A stretch of DNA of 64,000 bases from an uncultured delta proteobacterium (GTDB lineage Bacteria; Desulfobacterota; RBG-13-43-22), in the NCBI GenBank assembly GCA_963790475.1, contig CAWBOS010000013.1:384001-448000 (forward strand), read 5' to 3'. The position numbers and the translations under genes are program-made. Shown here piece after piece: positions 38,330 to 52,331 of the stretch. The notes beneath the pieces are model-generated. The model ran no database searches, was not told where the DNA came from, and worked only from the letters and a program-made list of their open reading frames with translations. Each line of letters begins with the position of its first letter. Position 1 is the first letter of the stretch.

Positions 38330-38375
38330 TTATGATTCGTGTACATAAATTTTACCTAAAGATAGGAGAAAAAGG

Positions 38376-39173
38376 ATGATTTATAAAATGATGGGGGGAC
38401 TTGCTGTTTTATTGCTTTTGATCGGATGCGGCGGAGAGGTCAAACAGCTTCAAATGCGGGATACATCCCTTAACGCCACAGACTCCAGCCAAGGCATGAA
38501 ACCGGTTGAATTCCCCAAAGGAACGTGGACCGGTGCGGCCTCGACCAAGCAGGCCAGCACTCTGGCCGAACTCTTTGTGAATTCCCACAACATGGCCATG
38601 GCCCAATTTTCGAAACTTCAGGATTCCCAGGATTCCATGAAAACTGCCCAGGAGGCCTTGAAGAATTCCACTCAGCGCCTGGAAGAAACCAACCGACTTA
38701 TCTTGGAGTCTGCCCAGAAAAATCAGGAAACTGCGCAGAAAACTTTGGAAAAAATTGAAGAAATTTCCAGGGAACAGGGTACTGGCCAGATCACTCTGTT
38801 CTTCCCGGTGGGGGTCAAAAGGTTGAAGGAAAACTCCTTGGAATATGAACGATTAATACGATTCGTCGATTTCCTTTCCCGGGAAGGCAAAGGCCGAAAG
38901 GTTTTATTTATCAGTATCGGTAGTGCCTCAGCCTTTGGCCCTCCAAAGGTCAATATGAAGCTGGCTAAGGCCCGGGCCGATTTCCCTAAAGGCATTATCG
39001 ACAAATACCTGGTCAATTCGGCCCATGAATTTTACAAGGTGTATGGGACAGGCGATTTATACAGCCCTAAGGGGGTCTCCAAAAAGGAGCACGACCGCTA
39101 CCAGCATACCCGCCTGATTGCCCTGTACGAGACAGACAAGGCCCCTGCGCTGCCGGAGGAACCTGGAAAATAA
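38376..39173 (+). CDS. Lipoprotein with coiled coil and a degenerate OmpA-like C-terminal domain
   Basis: Lipobox LLIGC; heptad-rich middle; IGSASAFGPPKVNMKLAKARA resembles the OmpA-type G..D..G....N..LS..RA. Confidence 0.75.
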   Translation: MIYKMMGGLAVLLLLIGCGGEVKQLQMRDTSLNATDSSQGMKPVEFPKGTWTGAASTKQASTLAELFVNSHNMAMAQFSKLQDSQDSMKTAQEALKNSTQRLEETNRLILESAQKNQETAQKTLEKIEEISREQGTGQITLFFPVGVKRLKENSLEYERLIRFVDFLSREGKGRKVLFISIGSASAFGPPKVNMKLAKARADFPKGIIDKYLVNSAHEFYKVYGTGDLYSPKGVSKKEHDRYQHTRLIALYETDKAPALPEEPGK

Positions 39174-39188
39174 TCAGAAGACGATAAA

Positions 39189-39230
39189 AGAGAGGCGGAA
39201 CCATTAGCGTTCCGCCTCTCTTTTTTTTTA
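39189..39230 (+). terminator. Rho-independent terminator
   Basis: AGAGAGGCGGAAC-loop-GTTCCGCCTCTCT followed by a T-run. Confidence 0.85.
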
Positions 39231-39407
39231 AATTAAGAGCATGGCTGCATTCAGACCCCCCTTAGCGGACGGTTTGAAGGATTAAATCCCTACCGGCCTA
39301 CCTCCCCTCCTACTCCTGACTCATAATCAAAATAAAAAGATATCAGATCCCGAATAGATAGACTGGTCCTTTCCGGTCCGGCCCTTAAAAGCCGCCCCGA
39401 CCCCTCC

Positions 39408-39436
39408 TTGACAAATAGGGGTGAAATGGTTAATTT
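39408..39436 (+). promoter_or_regulatory. Sigma70-type promoter for clpB
   Basis: TTGACA-17-TAATTT. Confidence 0.5.
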
Positions 39437-39508
39437 TCTAGTAAATTTACCTTCCAGAATAAATAAGCCTAAAAAAATATATTTACTGGATCAGCTTGGA
39501 GGAAAACC

Positions 39509-42100
39509 ATGCGTTTTGATAAATTTACCATCAAGGTTCAAGAGGCCATTCAATCGGCCCAATCTATGGCCGACGGTATGGGACATCAGCAGATCGAACC
39601 CGAACATCTGTTAACCGCCCTTTTGAATCAGCCCGATAATATTATTTTGCCCCTGGTACAGAAACTGGGGATCAACCCCAACCAGGTTAAGAATATTCTG
39701 AAGAATCAATTGGATAATATCCCCAGAGTTACGGGGTCGGGGAAAGGCCAGAGTTATATTTCCCCCAGACTCAACACCGCCCTGGACGCCTCATTCAAAG
39801 AAGCCTCCCAAATGCGGGATGACTATGTCAGTATGGAGCACATCCTGATCGCCCTTATGGATCAGAAGGGCGATCCCTTGTCGCAGGCGTTACTTTCGTT
39901 GGGATTGAACCGGGAAAGTATCTTGAAATCCCTCAAAGATATCCGGGGCAGCCAGCGGGTCACCGACCCCAATCCGGAAGATAAATACCGCCCCCTGGAG
40001 AAATTTGCCCGGGACCTGACCGATCTGGCCCGTGAAGGGAAACTGGACCCGGTCATCGGACGGGACGACGAAGTCCGCCGGGTCATCCAGGTCCTGTCCC
40101 GGAGGACCAAAAACAACCCGGTCCTGATTGGAGAACCCGGTGTGGGAAAAACAGCCATTGTCGAGGGGTTGGCCCAACGCATCATTCATGGGGATGTGCC
40201 GGAAGGTCTGAAAAATAAACGCGTCGTCGCCCTGGATATGGGGGCCTTGATCGCCGGTGCCAAATACCGGGGGGAATTTGAGGACAGGCTTAAGGCCGTG
40301 CTCAAAGAGGTGACCGAGGCCCAGGGGCAGATCATTCTGTTTATTGACGAACTTCATACCCTGGTCGGGGCCGGGAAGGCCGAAGGTTCAATGGATGCCG
40401 GCAATATGCTTAAACCGGCCCTGGCCCGGGGGGAATTGCGTTGCGTCGGGGCCACCACCATCAATGAATATCGTAAATATGTGGAAAAAGATGCCGCCCT
40501 GGAACGGCGTTTCCAGCCGGTACTGGTCAATGAACCCACGGTAGAAGATACCATTGCCATCTTAAGAGGATTAAAAGAAAAATACGAAGTCCACCACGGG
40601 GTCCGTATCAAAGATTCGGGCATTGTAGCCGCGGCCACCTTATCCCATCGCTATATCACCGACCGCTTTCTGCCTGACAAGGCCATTGACCTTATCGATG
40701 AAGCCGCATCCAAACTGAGGATCGAGATTGACAGTCTCCCTCAGGAGATCGATGAACTGGAACGGAAGATCCTCCAGATGGAGATTGAGAAAGAGGCCCT
40801 GAAAAAAGAGGTGGACCCGGCCTCCAAAGACCGTATGAATAAGATTGAAAAAGAACTGGTGGAACTCAAAGCCCAAAGCGGGGTGATGAAGGCCCATTGG
40901 CAGAAGGAAAAAGAAGCCATCCAAAAGATCAGGCAAGTCAAAGAAGAAATCGAAAACAAAAAGACCGAGGCCGCCAATGCCGAACGGCAGGGAGACCTGA
41001 CCCGGGCGGCGGAAATCCGCTACGGGGTGCTCTTGAACATGAATAAACAATTGGAGGAAGATAACCAGCAATTGGAAATCCTTCAACAGGATCAGAAAAT
41101 GTTGAAGGAAGAAGTGGATGACGAGGACATCGCCGAAGTGGTGGCTAAATGGACCGGCATCCCGGTAGCCCGGATGATGGAAGGGGAAAAACAAAAGTTA
41201 ATCACAATGGAAAAACGGATCTCGGACCGGGTTATCGGCCAGGAAGAGGCCATTCGGGCCGTAGCCAATGCCGTGCGCCGGGCCCGGTCAGGACTGCAGG
41301 ACCCCAATCGTCCGGTAGGGTCTTTTATTTTCATGGGTCCCACCGGTGTGGGCAAAACCGAACTGGCCAAGGCCCTGGCCGAATTTCTCTTTGATGATGA
41401 ACAGGCCATGGTCCGGGTCGACATGTCCGAATATATGGAAAGACACTCGGTCTCCCGTTTGATCGGTGCCCCACCGGGTTATGTGGGTTATGAAGAGGGA
41501 GGATACTTAACCGAAGCCGTACGGCGAAAGCCCTATTCGGTGGTGCTTTTTGACGAGATCGAAAAGGCCCATCCCGAGGTCTTCAACGCTTTGTTGCAGA
41601 TACTGGATGACGGCCGGATGACCGACGGCCAGGGAAGGACGGTGGACTTCACCAACACCCTGGTCATCATGACCTCCAACATCGGTAGTCAATTCATCCA
41701 GGACCTGACCGAACGGGAACGGGAGGAGATGATCCGGAGGGTCATGGAGGCCCTGCGGGCTCATTTCAAACCTGAGTTCTTGAACCGGATCGACGAAATC
41801 GTTATTTTCCATGCCCTCAATCGCGATCAGATCAAGGCCATCGTCGATATCCAGGTCCGTTTGCTGCAAAAACGCCTGGCGGAAAAACACCTTGAAATTC
41901 AATTGACCGATAAGGCCCGGGATCAGATCTCCCAGGAGGGTTTTGATCCGGTCTATGGTGCCCGTCCTTTAAAACGGGTGATCCAGCATCGTATTCAGGA
42001 TGCCCTGGCCTTAAAAATATTGGAAGGAGAATTTAAAGAAGGGGAAAAAATTATTCTGGATGCCGGTCCGAAAGGAGAGATCCTCTTTAGGAAAGGATAA
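39509..42100 (+). CDS. clpB: ATP-dependent chaperone ClpB
   Basis: Two AAA modules (GEPGVGKT; GPTGVGKTE), coiled middle domain, [21 protein letters not shown]. Confidence 0.97.
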   Translation: MRFDKFTIKVQEAIQSAQSMADGMGHQQIEPEHLLTALLNQPDNIILPLVQKLGINPNQVKNILKNQLDNIPRVTGSGKGQSYISPRLNTALDASFKEASQMRDDYVSMEHILIALMDQKGDPLSQALLSLGLNRESILKSLKDIRGSQRVTDPNPEDKYRPLEKFARDLTDLAREGKLDPVIGRDDEVRRVIQVLSRRTKNNPVLIGEPGVGKTAIVEGLAQRIIHGDVPEGLKNKRVVALDMGALIAGAKYRGEFEDRLKAVLKEVTEAQGQIILFIDELHTLVGAGKAEGSMDAGNMLKPALARGELRCVGATTINEYRKYVEKDAALERRFQPVLVNEPTVEDTIAILRGLKEKYEVHHGVRIKDSGIVAAATLSHRYITDRFLPDKAIDLIDEAASKLRIEIDSLPQEIDELERKILQMEIEKEALKKEVDPASKDRMNKIEKELVELKAQSGVMKAHWQKEKEAIQKIRQVKEEIENKKTEAANAERQGDLTRAAEIRYGVLLNMNKQLEEDNQQLEILQQDQKMLKEEVDDEDIAEVVAKWTGIPVARMMEGEKQKLITMEKRISDRVIGQEEAIRAVANAVRRARSGLQDPNRPVGSFIFMGPTGVGKTELAKALAEFLFDDEQAMVRVDMSEYMERHSVSRLIGAPPGYVGYEEGGYLTEAVRRKPYSVVLFDEIEKAHPEVFNALLQILDDGRMTDGQGRTVDFTNTLVIMTSNIGSQFIQDLTEREREEMIRRVMEALRAHFKPEFLNRIDEIVIFHALNRDQIKAIVDIQVRLLQKRLAEKHLEIQLTDKARDQISQEGFDPVYGARPLKRVIQHRIQDALALKILEGEFKEGEKIILDAGPKGEILFRKG

Positions 42101-42152
42101 TCACCTGGTTTTGCTTGACAGAGGGGTTAAGTATAGTAACATATTTAAATGA

Positions 42153-42225
42153 CGGATACAGGTTACGAGGTACGGGTTTCTGAACGAGTGTTTTTTTCAT
42201 AACCTGCCAACTCGTAACCCGCGAC
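42153..42225. repeat. Tandem 7-mer array (GGTTACG-type) with inverted array (TAACCCG-type)
   Basis: CGGATAC AGGTTAC GAGGTAC GGG ... TAACCTG CAACTCG TAACCCG. Confidence 0.6.
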
Positions 42226-42249
42226 AGATAAAAGAAGGAGTTGATTTTT

Positions 42250-43107
42250 ATGTTTTCTAATACCGTGAAAACGACCTTGTTATTAGGACTGATGACCGTC
42301 CTGATTATTTTTGTCGGTGGAGCCGTTGGGGGACAGAACGGGATGATCATGGCTTTTTTTCTGGCCGGGATCATGAACCTGGGGAGCTACTGGTTTTCGG
42401 ATAAGATCGTTTTGGCCATGTACCGGGCTCAGGAGATCCCCCCGCAAAGTCATCCCCAAATCCACCAAATAGTGCAGGAACTGGCCCAGCAGGCCGGTCT
42501 TCCCAAACCAAGGATATTCCTGATCGAAGACGATTCACCCAATGCCTTTGCCACCGGAAGGAATCCGGACCATGCCGTTATAGCCGTTACTTCCGGTATC
42601 CTGCGTATCCTCTCCCTTCAGGAACTGAAAGGGGTCCTGGCCCACGAATTGGCCCATGTCAAGAACCGGGATATCCTGGTTGGGTCCATTGCCGCCACCA
42701 TGGCCGGGGCCATCATGATCCTGGCCAGGATGGCCAGTTGGGCGACCATCTTCGGCGGGAGCCGGGATTCGGAAGAAGGCGGGGGCGGCGGAGGGATCAT
42801 CAGTCTTCTGGTCATGATCATTGTGGCCCCGATTGCCGCCTTGCTGATACAGATGGCCATCTCCCGTTCCCGGGAATATCAGGCCGATGCCTCCGGGGCC
42901 CAGTTTTCAGGCAACCCTTTAGGATTGGCCGGGGCACTGGAAAAACTGGAAACGGCCTCCAAAAGGATTCCCATGGATGATCCGAAACCGGCCACGGCCC
43001 ATATGTTCATCGTGAACCCCTTATCGGGACGCAGCCTGCTCAATTTGTTCTCCACTCACCCGCCCATCGAAGAACGCATCGCCCGGCTGAGGTCAATGAG
43101 GTTTTAA
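42250..43107 (+). CDS. htpX: Zinc metalloprotease HtpX
   Basis: [27 protein letters not shown]. Confidence 0.96.
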   Translation: MFSNTVKTTLLLGLMTVLIIFVGGAVGGQNGMIMAFFLAGIMNLGSYWFSDKIVLAMYRAQEIPPQSHPQIHQIVQELAQQAGLPKPRIFLIEDDSPNAFATGRNPDHAVIAVTSGILRILSLQELKGVLAHELAHVKNRDILVGSIAATMAGAIMILARMASWATIFGGSRDSEEGGGGGGIISLLVMIIVAPIAALLIQMAISRSREYQADASGAQFSGNPLGLAGALEKLETASKRIPMDDPKPATAHMFIVNPLSGRSLLNLFSTHPPIEERIARLRSMRF

Positions 43108-43274
43108 TAAGCGCAGGCTTCTAGGGGTCAAGGGTTCCGGAATTTGAGAAAAATTGATTAAGCCACATCAATGACTGCTGGATGTCAAACCCCAATGGTC
43201 CAGTAATTGGTTGACATTTATCACCCATTAGCATAAAAACCCCCTATATTCTTAAATCAGTGGAAAAGGAGTAA

Positions 43275-44570
<1,296 letters not shown>

Positions 44571-44690
44571 ACAAATTATAGATCGAAGTTTCAAACTCTT
44601 TTTCTGGATAGCCCCTAATATCGTCGAGAATGGGAATCTGAATTTCGATCATCGTTGAAGAATTCGTTTTAACCGGGAAAGGCCTCCCTC

Positions 44691-44719
44691 TTGACTTTAA
44701 AGGAAAGAATAAGTATATT
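44691..44719 (+). promoter_or_regulatory. Sigma70 promoter for tRNA-Leu/tig
   Basis: TTGACT-17-TATATT. Confidence 0.6.
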
Positions 44720-44758
44720 TAAGCATTGAAAAAATACTCCTCGCGCCTATGGGAAAGG

Positions 44759-44846
44759 GCGAGAGTGGCGGAATTTGGTAGACGCACTGGACTTAGGATC
44801 CAGCCCTGGAAACAGGGTGGGGGTTCAAATCCCCCCTCTCGCACCA
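44759..44846 (+). tRNA. tRNA-Leu (anticodon TAG)
   Basis: GCGAGAG/CTCTCGC acceptor stem, D-loop GGAATTTGGTAGAC, CTGGA-CT-TAG-GA-TCCAG, long variable arm, TTCAAAT, encoded CCA. Confidence 0.96.
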
Positions 44847-44872
44847 ACGAAAGACCAAATCGCAAGCAGGTC

Positions 44873-44927
44873 GGAGTAATGGGTGATGGTTTTGAAAAAA
44901 TAAATGCTCCAACATCCCATCAACTCC
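44873..44927. repeat. Degenerate short tandem array (GGAGTAAT-type) with inverted partner
   Basis: GGAGTAATGGGTGATGG ... AATGCTCCAACATCCCATCAACTCC. Confidence 0.45.
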
Positions 44928-44992
44928 GGAAGCCAATTTTCAAAAACCACTAGAATCATTTTGGAAAGAATAAATAGATCCTGAAGGAATAA

Positions 44993-46282
44993 ATGACCAT
45001 GAAAGTACAGTTGGAAGACGTCTCTCCGATCAAGAAAAAGCTTACCGTTGAAGTGGAACCGGAACAGATCAGGAAGGAATGGGAATCAGTAGTAAAAGAG
45101 TTCAATAAAAAAGTTAAGTTAAAAGGGTTTCGGACCGGGAAGATTCCGGTTACCGTCCTGATAAAATACTACGGGCCCCAAATAGAAGAAGAAGTGGTTT
45201 CCCAGGTAATCAACCGCACCTATCCGGATGCCCTGAAAGAGACCGGGATCATCCCGATCACCCTGCCGGAGTTGGATTATCCTTCAGTAGATAAAGAAGC
45301 CCCTTTCATATATCGGGCCACGGTTGAACTCAAACCGGATATACCCATTTCCGAATACAAAGGTTTGGAAGTTAAAAAATTAGTGGTCAATATTACTGAA
45401 GACGATATTGAGAAGAGGCTTACCGCCATCCAGACCAACCATGGCGAGCTGGCTTCACTCGACGAGGACCGTCCGCTGAGAAAAGGAGATTTTGGAGTCA
45501 TTGATTATAAATCCTTTATGGATGGAGAAGAAGTGCCCGGTGGCTCGGCCAAAAACTTCGACCTCGAGGTGGGGGCCGGGTATTTCAATACCGAGTTTGA
45601 AAAAGAGTTGGAGGGGATGAGAAAAGGGGAAGAGAAAAACTTTGATATCGATTTTACGGAGGATTATGGAAATTCTTCTTTGGCCGGGAAAAAGGTTCAC
45701 TATGAAGTCCTACTCCGAGAGATCAAGACCAGAAACCTTCCGGAACTGAACGATTCCTTTGCCCAAAGCCTGGGGAAGGATTTTTCCTCTCTGGAAGATT
45801 TACGAAAGAAGATCCGCAACGACCTGGAACAAGAGGAAATTCGCAAGGCCGACTTGAAATTAAAAGAAGACCTGACCGATGGTCTGATTGCCAAAGCCGA
45901 ATTTGAGATTCCAGAAGCCTTGGTTAATCAGGAAATCCGCCAGATGATGATTCGGATAGAACAAGATTTGAGCCGTCAAGGACTTTCCTGGGAAAAAGCC
46001 GGACTTGAACCCAACAGCCTTATGGAAAGGTTTCGTCCTCCGGCCCAAAAACTGGCCCGAAAAAAATTGATCCTGGAGAAGGTTGCCCAATTGGAGTCTA
46101 TAACCGTCAGCCCGGAAGAGATCAATGAAGAACTCCAGCGGATCGCCCAAAACGTTAACCAGTCGGTAACCCTGGTTCGAGAAATATATAATAAAAATAA
46201 CTTAATGCCGGAATTGAACCAGCAGCTCCTTGAGGAAAAGACCTTGAATTTCCTTCAGGAGCATGCTACGATTCAAACCTAA
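44993..46282 (+). CDS. tig: Trigger factor
   Basis: GFRTGKIP ribosome-binding motif, FKBP domain, position before clpP. Confidence 0.95.
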   Translation: MTMKVQLEDVSPIKKKLTVEVEPEQIRKEWESVVKEFNKKVKLKGFRTGKIPVTVLIKYYGPQIEEEVVSQVINRTYPDALKETGIIPITLPELDYPSVDKEAPFIYRATVELKPDIPISEYKGLEVKKLVVNITEDDIEKRLTAIQTNHGELASLDEDRPLRKGDFGVIDYKSFMDGEEVPGGSAKNFDLEVGAGYFNTEFEKELEGMRKGEEKNFDIDFTEDYGNSSLAGKKVHYEVLLREIKTRNLPELNDSFAQSLGKDFSSLEDLRKKIRNDLEQEEIRKADLKLKEDLTDGLIAKAEFEIPEALVNQEIRQMMIRIEQDLSRQGLSWEKAGLEPNSLMERFRPPAQKLARKKLILEKVAQLESITVSPEEINEELQRIAQNVNQSVTLVREIYNKNNLMPELNQQLLEEKTLNFLQEHATIQT

Positions 46283-46296
46283 AGAAGGATTTAAAA

Positions 46297-46905
46297 ATGA
46301 CTTTAATACCCATCGTAGTTGAGCAGGATACCCGTGGCGAACGGGCCTATGATATCTATTCACGCCTGCTGAAAGACCGAATCATTTTTCTGGGGGCCCC
46401 CATAGATGATTATGTGGCCAACCTGATGATCGCCCAACTCCTTTTTCTTGAAGGCGATGACCCGGATAAAGATATCCATATGTACATCAATTCTCCGGGC
46501 GGTGTCGTTTCTTCCGGGTTGGCGATCTATGATACTATGGAATACATAAAACCGAACATTTCCACCCTCTGTCTGGGACAGGCCTCCAGTATGGCCGCTT
46601 TGTTATTGGCTGCCGGGACCAAAGGGATGCGCTATGCCCTGCCCCACTCCCGGATTCTCATCCATCAACCTTTAGGCGGGGTTCAAGGCCAGGCCACGGA
46701 TGTAGGCATTCAGGCCCGGGAAATGCTGCGGATCAAGGAGGAATTGAATCAAGTTTTGGTGGATCATACCGGCCAGCCTTATGATAAAATTGAAAAAGAC
46801 ACTGACCGGGATTTTTACATGACCGGTGCCCAGGCCAAAGATTATGGTATTGTCGACTATGTCATTTCCAAAAGAGAAGAAATAACGGGTTTAATCAAAC
46901 CATAA
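46297..46905 (+). CDS. clpP: Clp protease proteolytic subunit
   Basis: [31 protein letters not shown]. Confidence 0.97.
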   Translation: MTLIPIVVEQDTRGERAYDIYSRLLKDRIIFLGAPIDDYVANLMIAQLLFLEGDDPDKDIHMYINSPGGVVSSGLAIYDTMEYIKPNISTLCLGQASSMAALLLAAGTKGMRYALPHSRILIHQPLGGVQGQATDVGIQAREMLRIKEELNQVLVDHTGQPYDKIEKDTDRDFYMTGAQAKDYGIVDYVISKREEITGLIKP

Positions 46906-46964
46906 TGAACGTTTAAGATGTCCACCCCATAATCACCATTAATTAATTTTGAGGTAACCTATAA

Positions 46965-48224
46965 ATGAACAAAAGAGGAGACGGTAAAGGAAAGGGGAGC
47001 GACTTGTTGTGCTCCTTTTGTGGCAAGAGTCAGGATGAAGTAAAAAAACTTATTGCCGGACCATCGGTTTATATCTGTGATGAATGTATCGGCCTTTGTA
47101 ATGAAATCATTGCCGAAGAATATGAAAAGGAAGAGGCCCATCTCGGAGAGAAGATTCCCCGGCCGGCGGATATTAAAGGAATTTTAGATAATTATGTGAT
47201 CGAGCAGGAAAAGGCCAAAAAAATTCTTTCCGTGGCCGTTCATAATCATTTCCGGAGGCTCGACAACAAAATAGATTTGGAAGGGGTCGAGTTGCAGAAA
47301 AGCAACATCCTTTTGATCGGCCCTACCGGGTCAGGGAAAACGCTTCTGGCCCAAACCCTGGCTAAAATTTTGAAAGTCCCTTTTACCATAGCCGACGCGA
47401 CCACCTTGACCGAGGCCGGATATGTGGGAGAGGATGTGGAGAACATCATCCTTAATTTGCTTCAAGCGGCCGATTACGATGTGGAACGGGCCTGCCGGGG
47501 GATCGTCTACATAGATGAAATCGATAAGATAGCACGAAAATCAGAAAACCCCTCCATCACCCGTGACGTCTCCGGAGAAGGGGTCCAACAGGCCTTGTTA
47601 AAAATCATCGAAGGGACCCTGGCCAGCGTCCCCCCTAAAGGAGGCCGTAAGCATCCTCAACAGGAATTTGTCAAGGTGGATACTACCAACATCCTTTTTA
47701 TATGCGGCGGGGCCTTTAATGGGCTGGATAAGATTGTTCAGACTCGAAGCGGGGCTAAGGTCATGGGATTTGGGGCCGATATTCGCAAGCAATCGGAAAA
47801 GAAACGCCTAGGTGAAATACTGGATGAGGTCCAACCCCAAGATCTCCTCCGTTTCGGTCTGATCCCTGAATTTATTGGGCGATTGCCGGTCATCGCCACC
47901 TTGGACGAATTAAGCGAAGAAGCCCTGGTTCGCATCCTGACTGAACCTAAGAATGCCATCGTCCGTCAATATCAAAAACTTTTTGAAATGCAGCGGGTGG
48001 ATTTAAAATTTACCGATGGAGCCATCAAGGCCGTCGCCCGGGAAGCCCTGAAAAGAAAATCCGGAGCCAGGGGACTTCGTTCCATCCTGGAAAAAGCCAT
48101 GCTGGATATCATGTTTGAAATCCCCTCCTTGAAAAATGTTCAGGAATGCGTGATTAGTGAAGAAGTCATTCTTCATAATGAATCCCCCATTCTTTTATTT
48201 GAAAATCAGGCCGAATCGGCCTAG
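46965..48224 (+). CDS. clpX: Clp protease ATP-binding subunit
   Basis: CSFCGK zinc finger, [29 protein letters not shown] loop. Confidence 0.97.
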   Translation: MNKRGDGKGKGSDLLCSFCGKSQDEVKKLIAGPSVYICDECIGLCNEIIAEEYEKEEAHLGEKIPRPADIKGILDNYVIEQEKAKKILSVAVHNHFRRLDNKIDLEGVELQKSNILLIGPTGSGKTLLAQTLAKILKVPFTIADATTLTEAGYVGEDVENIILNLLQAADYDVERACRGIVYIDEIDKIARKSENPSITRDVSGEGVQQALLKIIEGTLASVPPKGGRKHPQQEFVKVDTTNILFICGGAFNGLDKIVQTRSGAKVMGFGADIRKQSEKKRLGEILDEVQPQDLLRFGLIPEFIGRLPVIATLDELSEEALVRILTEPKNAIVRQYQKLFEMQRVDLKFTDGAIKAVAREALKRKSGARGLRSILEKAMLDIMFEIPSLKNVQECVISEEVILHNESPILLFENQAESA

Positions 48225-48391
48225 GAACAAGTCGGGCCGGAGATTAACGACCGGCGAGGGAATAATTCCCTGATCCACTAAATTTTTTCTTAAAGAATCG
48301 CTCATCCGAACCGAAAACAAGAAGGAAGTGAAACTTTCAGACGAGCGATAGATATATATAATCTATTTTTTATTAAAAGGAACAAATTAAA

Positions 48392-50839
48392 ATGGCCGTA
48401 TTTTCTAAAAGCGAAGAAAGAGGAGAAGGCGATGGCTTAACCCAGGTCATCCCCGTACTCCCCTTAAGAGATATTGTTGTTTTTCCAGGTATGGTAGCTC
48501 CTTTATTCGTAGGTCGGGAAAAATCTATTCAGGCCCTCGAATACAGTATGTCTCTGGAAAAGGATATCCTTTTATTAACCCAACGCAACGCCAAGGTGGA
48601 CGAACCTTCGGAGAGAGATCTCTATCAGATCGGGACGGCAGGAAGTATCCTGCAGATGCTGCGTCTTCCTGACGGAACCGTCAAGGTCCTGATCGAAGGA
48701 CGGTTTCGAGCCAAAGTGGGGCGATACCTCCCCAACCGAGCCTTTTATCTGGCTGAGGTGGAAAAGATACAGGATACCATCCCCAACCCTTTTGAACTGG
48801 AGGCCCTGATCCGCACCGTCAAACAAAGCTTTGAGGCCTATCAGAAATTGAATAAGAAAATCCCCCAGGAATTGGTCCAGACGATCAATGGGCTGGAAGA
48901 CCCGGTGCGCCTAGTGGATTCCATTGCTCCCCATCTGGGTGCTAAAATCGAACAGAAGCAAGAACTTCTGGAATTGAACCAGATGAATCGAAAACTGGAA
49001 AAACTCTATGAATTTATGCGCGGGGAAATGGAAATCCTGGAAATTGAACAGCGCATCAAGGGACGGGTCAAAAAGCAGATGGAAAAGACCCAAAAAGACT
49101 ATTACCTCAATGAGCAGATCCGGGCCATTCAGAAAGAAATGGGCGAGCAGGATGATTTCAAAAGTGAAATCCAGGAACTGGAAAAAAAGATCAAACAGAA
49201 GAGGATGTCCAGAGAAGCCACCACCAAAGTTCGAGCGGAGTTGAAAAAACTGAAAATGATGTCCCCCATGTCCGCCGAAGCCACAGTGGTCCGAAATTAT
49301 ATCGACTGGATTATTGGCCTGCCCTGGTTTAATCGGACCAAGGATAAACTGGATATTGATGCCGCGGAAAAAATCCTTAATGAAGACCATTACGGACTGG
49401 AAAAACCCAAGGAAAGAATACTGGAATACCTGGCCGTTCAAAGCCTGGTAAAAAAAATAAAAGGGCCCATCCTTTGTTTCGTCGGACCTCCGGGCGTGGG
49501 CAAAACCTCGGTGGCCAAATCCATCGCCCGGGCCACAGGGAGGAATTTTATTCGGGTTTCCTTAGGTGGGGTCAGGGATGAAGCCGAAATCCGCGGACAC
49601 CGCCGGACCTATATCGGGGCCTTGCCGGGAAAAATAATTCAATCCCTGAAAAAAGCCAAAACGAACAATCCGGTCTTCTGCCTGGATGAAGTGGATAAGA
49701 TGAGCACCGACTTCCGGGGAGATCCTTCGGCCGCTTTGCTGGAGGTCCTTGACCCGGAACAGAATTTTGCCTTTAGTGATCATTACCTGGATATGGATTA
49801 CGATCTTTCCGAGGTCTTCTTTATCACCACCGCCAATACCCTTTATTCCATTCCCCTGCCCTTGCAGGATCGGATGGAGATCATCCGCCTTCCCGGATAT
49901 ACCGAACCGGAAAAACTGCAGATCGCCCGTCAGTTCCTGATCAAAAAGCAGGAGGAGGCCAACGGGTTGACTTCAGAGAACATTCATTTCACTGACAATG
50001 CCTTGTTGACGGTTATACGGCTGTACACCAGGGAATCCGGGGTCCGAAACCTGGAGCGGGAAATAGCGACCTTATGTCGCAAGGTGGCTAAAGAAGTCGT
50101 TCGCCGGGGCAAAGAAACCCGCGTAGAAATCAATTCCAATAAGGTACAAAAATATTTAGGGGTCCCCAAATTCCGTTACGGGGAGACCGAAGAAAAAGAT
50201 GAGATAGGGATCACTACCGGCCTGGCCTGGACTGAGGTAGGCGGCGAATTGCTACTTACCGAGGTCGTTTTGATGCCCGGAAAAGGCAAATTGATCATTA
50301 GTGGAAGATTGGGAGAGGTCATGCAGGAATCGGCCCAGGCCGCCTTAAGCTATGTCCGTTCCCGGGCCGAACGTTTGAACCTGCCAAGAAATTTTTATAA
50401 TAAGATGGATATCCATATCCATATCCCGGAGGGAGCCACTCCCAAAGACGGGCCGTCGGCCGGCATTACCATTGCGACTTCAATCGTTTCCGCCTTGCTC
50501 CGCAAACCCGTTAAGAGAAAAACGGCCATGACCGGCGAAATCACCTTGCGCGGCCGGGTACTGCCCATCGGGGGACTGAAAGAAAAGATTATTGCCGCCC
50601 ATCGAGGCAAAGTCCAAACGGTGATCATCCCCAAAGAAAATGAGAAAGATCTGAAAGAAATCCCACCTCGGATTTTAAAGGCTTTGGAAATTATTTCCGT
50701 GGAACATATGGATGAGGTATTGAAATCGGCCCTGGTGGTTGATGATCCGGAACTCTTATTCAAAGAAACAACGGAGGAGACCACGCCTCCCTTCTTCCAC
50801 GAAGAAGCCCCGGTCCTTCCGGAAATGACCGCCCATTGA
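48392..50839 (+). CDS. lon: Lon protease
   Basis: [28 protein letters not shown]. Confidence 0.97.
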   Translation: MAVFSKSEERGEGDGLTQVIPVLPLRDIVVFPGMVAPLFVGREKSIQALEYSMSLEKDILLLTQRNAKVDEPSERDLYQIGTAGSILQMLRLPDGTVKVLIEGRFRAKVGRYLPNRAFYLAEVEKIQDTIPNPFELEALIRTVKQSFEAYQKLNKKIPQELVQTINGLEDPVRLVDSIAPHLGAKIEQKQELLELNQMNRKLEKLYEFMRGEMEILEIEQRIKGRVKKQMEKTQKDYYLNEQIRAIQKEMGEQDDFKSEIQELEKKIKQKRMSREATTKVRAELKKLKMMSPMSAEATVVRNYIDWIIGLPWFNRTKDKLDIDAAEKILNEDHYGLEKPKERILEYLAVQSLVKKIKGPILCFVGPPGVGKTSVAKSIARATGRNFIRVSLGGVRDEAEIRGHRRTYIGALPGKIIQSLKKAKTNNPVFCLDEVDKMSTDFRGDPSAALLEVLDPEQNFAFSDHYLDMDYDLSEVFFITTANTLYSIPLPLQDRMEIIRLPGYTEPEKLQIARQFLIKKQEEANGLTSENIHFTDNALLTVIRLYTRESGVRNLEREIATLCRKVAKEVVRRGKETRVEINSNKVQKYLGVPKFRYGETEEKDEIGITTGLAWTEVGGELLLTEVVLMPGKGKLIISGRLGEVMQESAQAALSYVRSRAERLNLPRNFYNKMDIHIHIPEGATPKDGPSAGITIATSIVSALLRKPVKRKTAMTGEITLRGRVLPIGGLKEKIIAAHRGKVQTVIIPKENEKDLKEIPPRILKALEIISVEHMDEVLKSALVVDDPELLFKETTEETTPPFFHEEAPVLPEMTAH

Positions 50840-50910
50840 AATCAAGGGCCCTGGCACCTCCCCGTCAGGAAAGGAGAGTTTATACCCCAGGCAAGGGGGT
50901 ATAAACTCTT

Positions 50911-51618
50911 ATGAAAAAAACAATAGGGATCAGTGTCCTTTTTTTAATCTTTTTTGGTCTGGCCCTTTACCTACTGGTTTTCCACAGCGACGTCTATCTT
51001 ACCTTTTTGGACCGGAAACGGTTAGCCGAATTTGTCAAATCCTACGGAAGTTTTTCACCCCTAATCTTTGTGTCCCTCCAAATTTTTCAAGTCCTGTTTG
51101 CTCCCATCCCCGGTGAGGTCACCGGATTTATCGGCGGATTTCTTTATGGGAATTTTTTCGGGATCCTGTATTCGACCATCGGGTTGGGCGTGGGTTCCTG
51201 GCTGGCTTTTATTTTCGCCCGCTGGGCCGGACAACCCCTGGTAGAACGGATAGTCAGCTATAAGACTATCCAGCGCTATGATTATCTGATGGCCCATCAG
51301 GGGGCCTGGATCGCCTTTTTACTTTTTCTAATTCCCGGCTTTCCCAAAGACTATTTGTGTTACATCTTGGGATTGGGACACATGGGTCTGAGGACCTTCC
51401 TGGTCATATCCACGGCCGGACGTTTTTTAGGGACCGTTATGCTGACCTTTCAAGGGCATTTAGTTCGGGAAAAAAATTATTGGGTCTTGGGAATTTTCAT
51501 TGGACTTTCGCTTCTTGCAGTATTGATCGCCTACTTGCTCAGGGGGAAATTAGAGGCCTATTTTAAAAAACATCGGAAACCGCTAATCCATCCCAAGATC
51601 CGATCTCCGAGGATTTAG
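50911..51618 (+). CDS. TVP38/TMEM64 (DedA/VTT) family membrane protein
   Basis: APIPGE, FLIPGFPKD motifs; multiple TM helices. Confidence 0.88.
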   Translation: MKKTIGISVLFLIFFGLALYLLVFHSDVYLTFLDRKRLAEFVKSYGSFSPLIFVSLQIFQVLFAPIPGEVTGFIGGFLYGNFFGILYSTIGLGVGSWLAFIFARWAGQPLVERIVSYKTIQRYDYLMAHQGAWIAFLLFLIPGFPKDYLCYILGLGHMGLRTFLVISTAGRFLGTVMLTFQGHLVREKNYWVLGIFIGLSLLAVLIAYLLRGKLEAYFKKHRKPLIHPKIRSPRI

Positions 51619-52331
51619 ATCCAGTCCCTTTTTTTCTCCTCCACTTTGCTTAAAAAGATCAATTGCCTTTCCTGCTCCAAAAAAGGCAGCATCAAAACAA
51701 TCGGTTTTTCTATTCGAAATCCTCTTTCCTGGATCTGTGATCTTAAAAGGGAAATCTCTTCAGACCCTTGCCGGCCTTTCATCAATAATAACCTCCCCCC
51801 GTAAGGCAGGTAAGGATACACCCGGGATAACAGGTCGACCAAATTCCCGACAGCCCTGGCAACGATTACCTCGAAAGAGTCGCTATCCAATAATTTTGGG
51901 GGGCCTTGCCCCAGATAGGTCTGATAGATAGAAATGGAGTTCAGCCCCAAATGACGGGCCGCTTCTTTTAGAAAACTGACTTTTTTGGCCGAGGCCTCGA
52001 TTAAGGTTACTGGTTGAGTCGGACGGACGATCTTGATCGGCAGGCCCGGGAATCCGGCCCCTGATCCCAGGTCTAATAGCCGCGTTTTTTCGGAAAAATA
52101 GGGTATGGGGGTAAGGGAATCCAAAAAATGCTTGATAATAATCTCTCGACAGGACCTAAGCCCTGTCAGATTGATATGCCGGTTCCATTTGTCCAATAAA
52201 GTCAGGTAAGACATGAACTGATCCACCTGGTAAAGGGATAAGGATAAGCCTAAGGCCTCTGCTCCCTGTACCAGCAAAGGTTTGGCTTCCTCTGGGCTGA
52301 TGTCTTTTTGGATGGCGGACTTTTGAATCAT
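51615..52331 (-). CDS. rsmG: 16S rRNA m7G527 methyltransferase
   Basis: WNRHINLT, KHFLDSL, DLGSGAGFPG, ARA; ATG overlaps the mnmE stop. Confidence 0.95.
   Translation of the reverse strand: MIQKSAIQKDISPEEAKPLLVQGAEALGLSLSLYQVDQFMSYLTLLDKWNRHINLTGLRSCREIIIKHFLDSLTPIPYFSEKTRLLDLGSGAGFPGLPIKIVRPTQPVTLIEASAKKVSFLKEAARHLGLNSISIYQTYLGQGPPKLLDSDSFEVIVARAVGNLVDLLSRVYPYLPYGGRLLLMKGRQGSEEISLLRSQIQERGFRIEKPIVLMLPFLEQERQLIFLSKVEEKKRDWI

Noticed and set aside
39240-39508. CIRCE or HAIR heat-shock operator upstream of clpB
   Set aside because: No TTAGCACTC-N9-GAGTGCTAA or CTTGAGT-N7-ACTCAAG match seen.
44726-44953. 75-aa ORF
   Set aside because: It overlaps the tRNA-Leu gene; spurious.
44846-44992. Prophage or island integrated at tRNA-Leu
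   Set aside because: No integrase and no duplicated tRNA 3' end; tRNA-Leu-tig is the normal arrangement.
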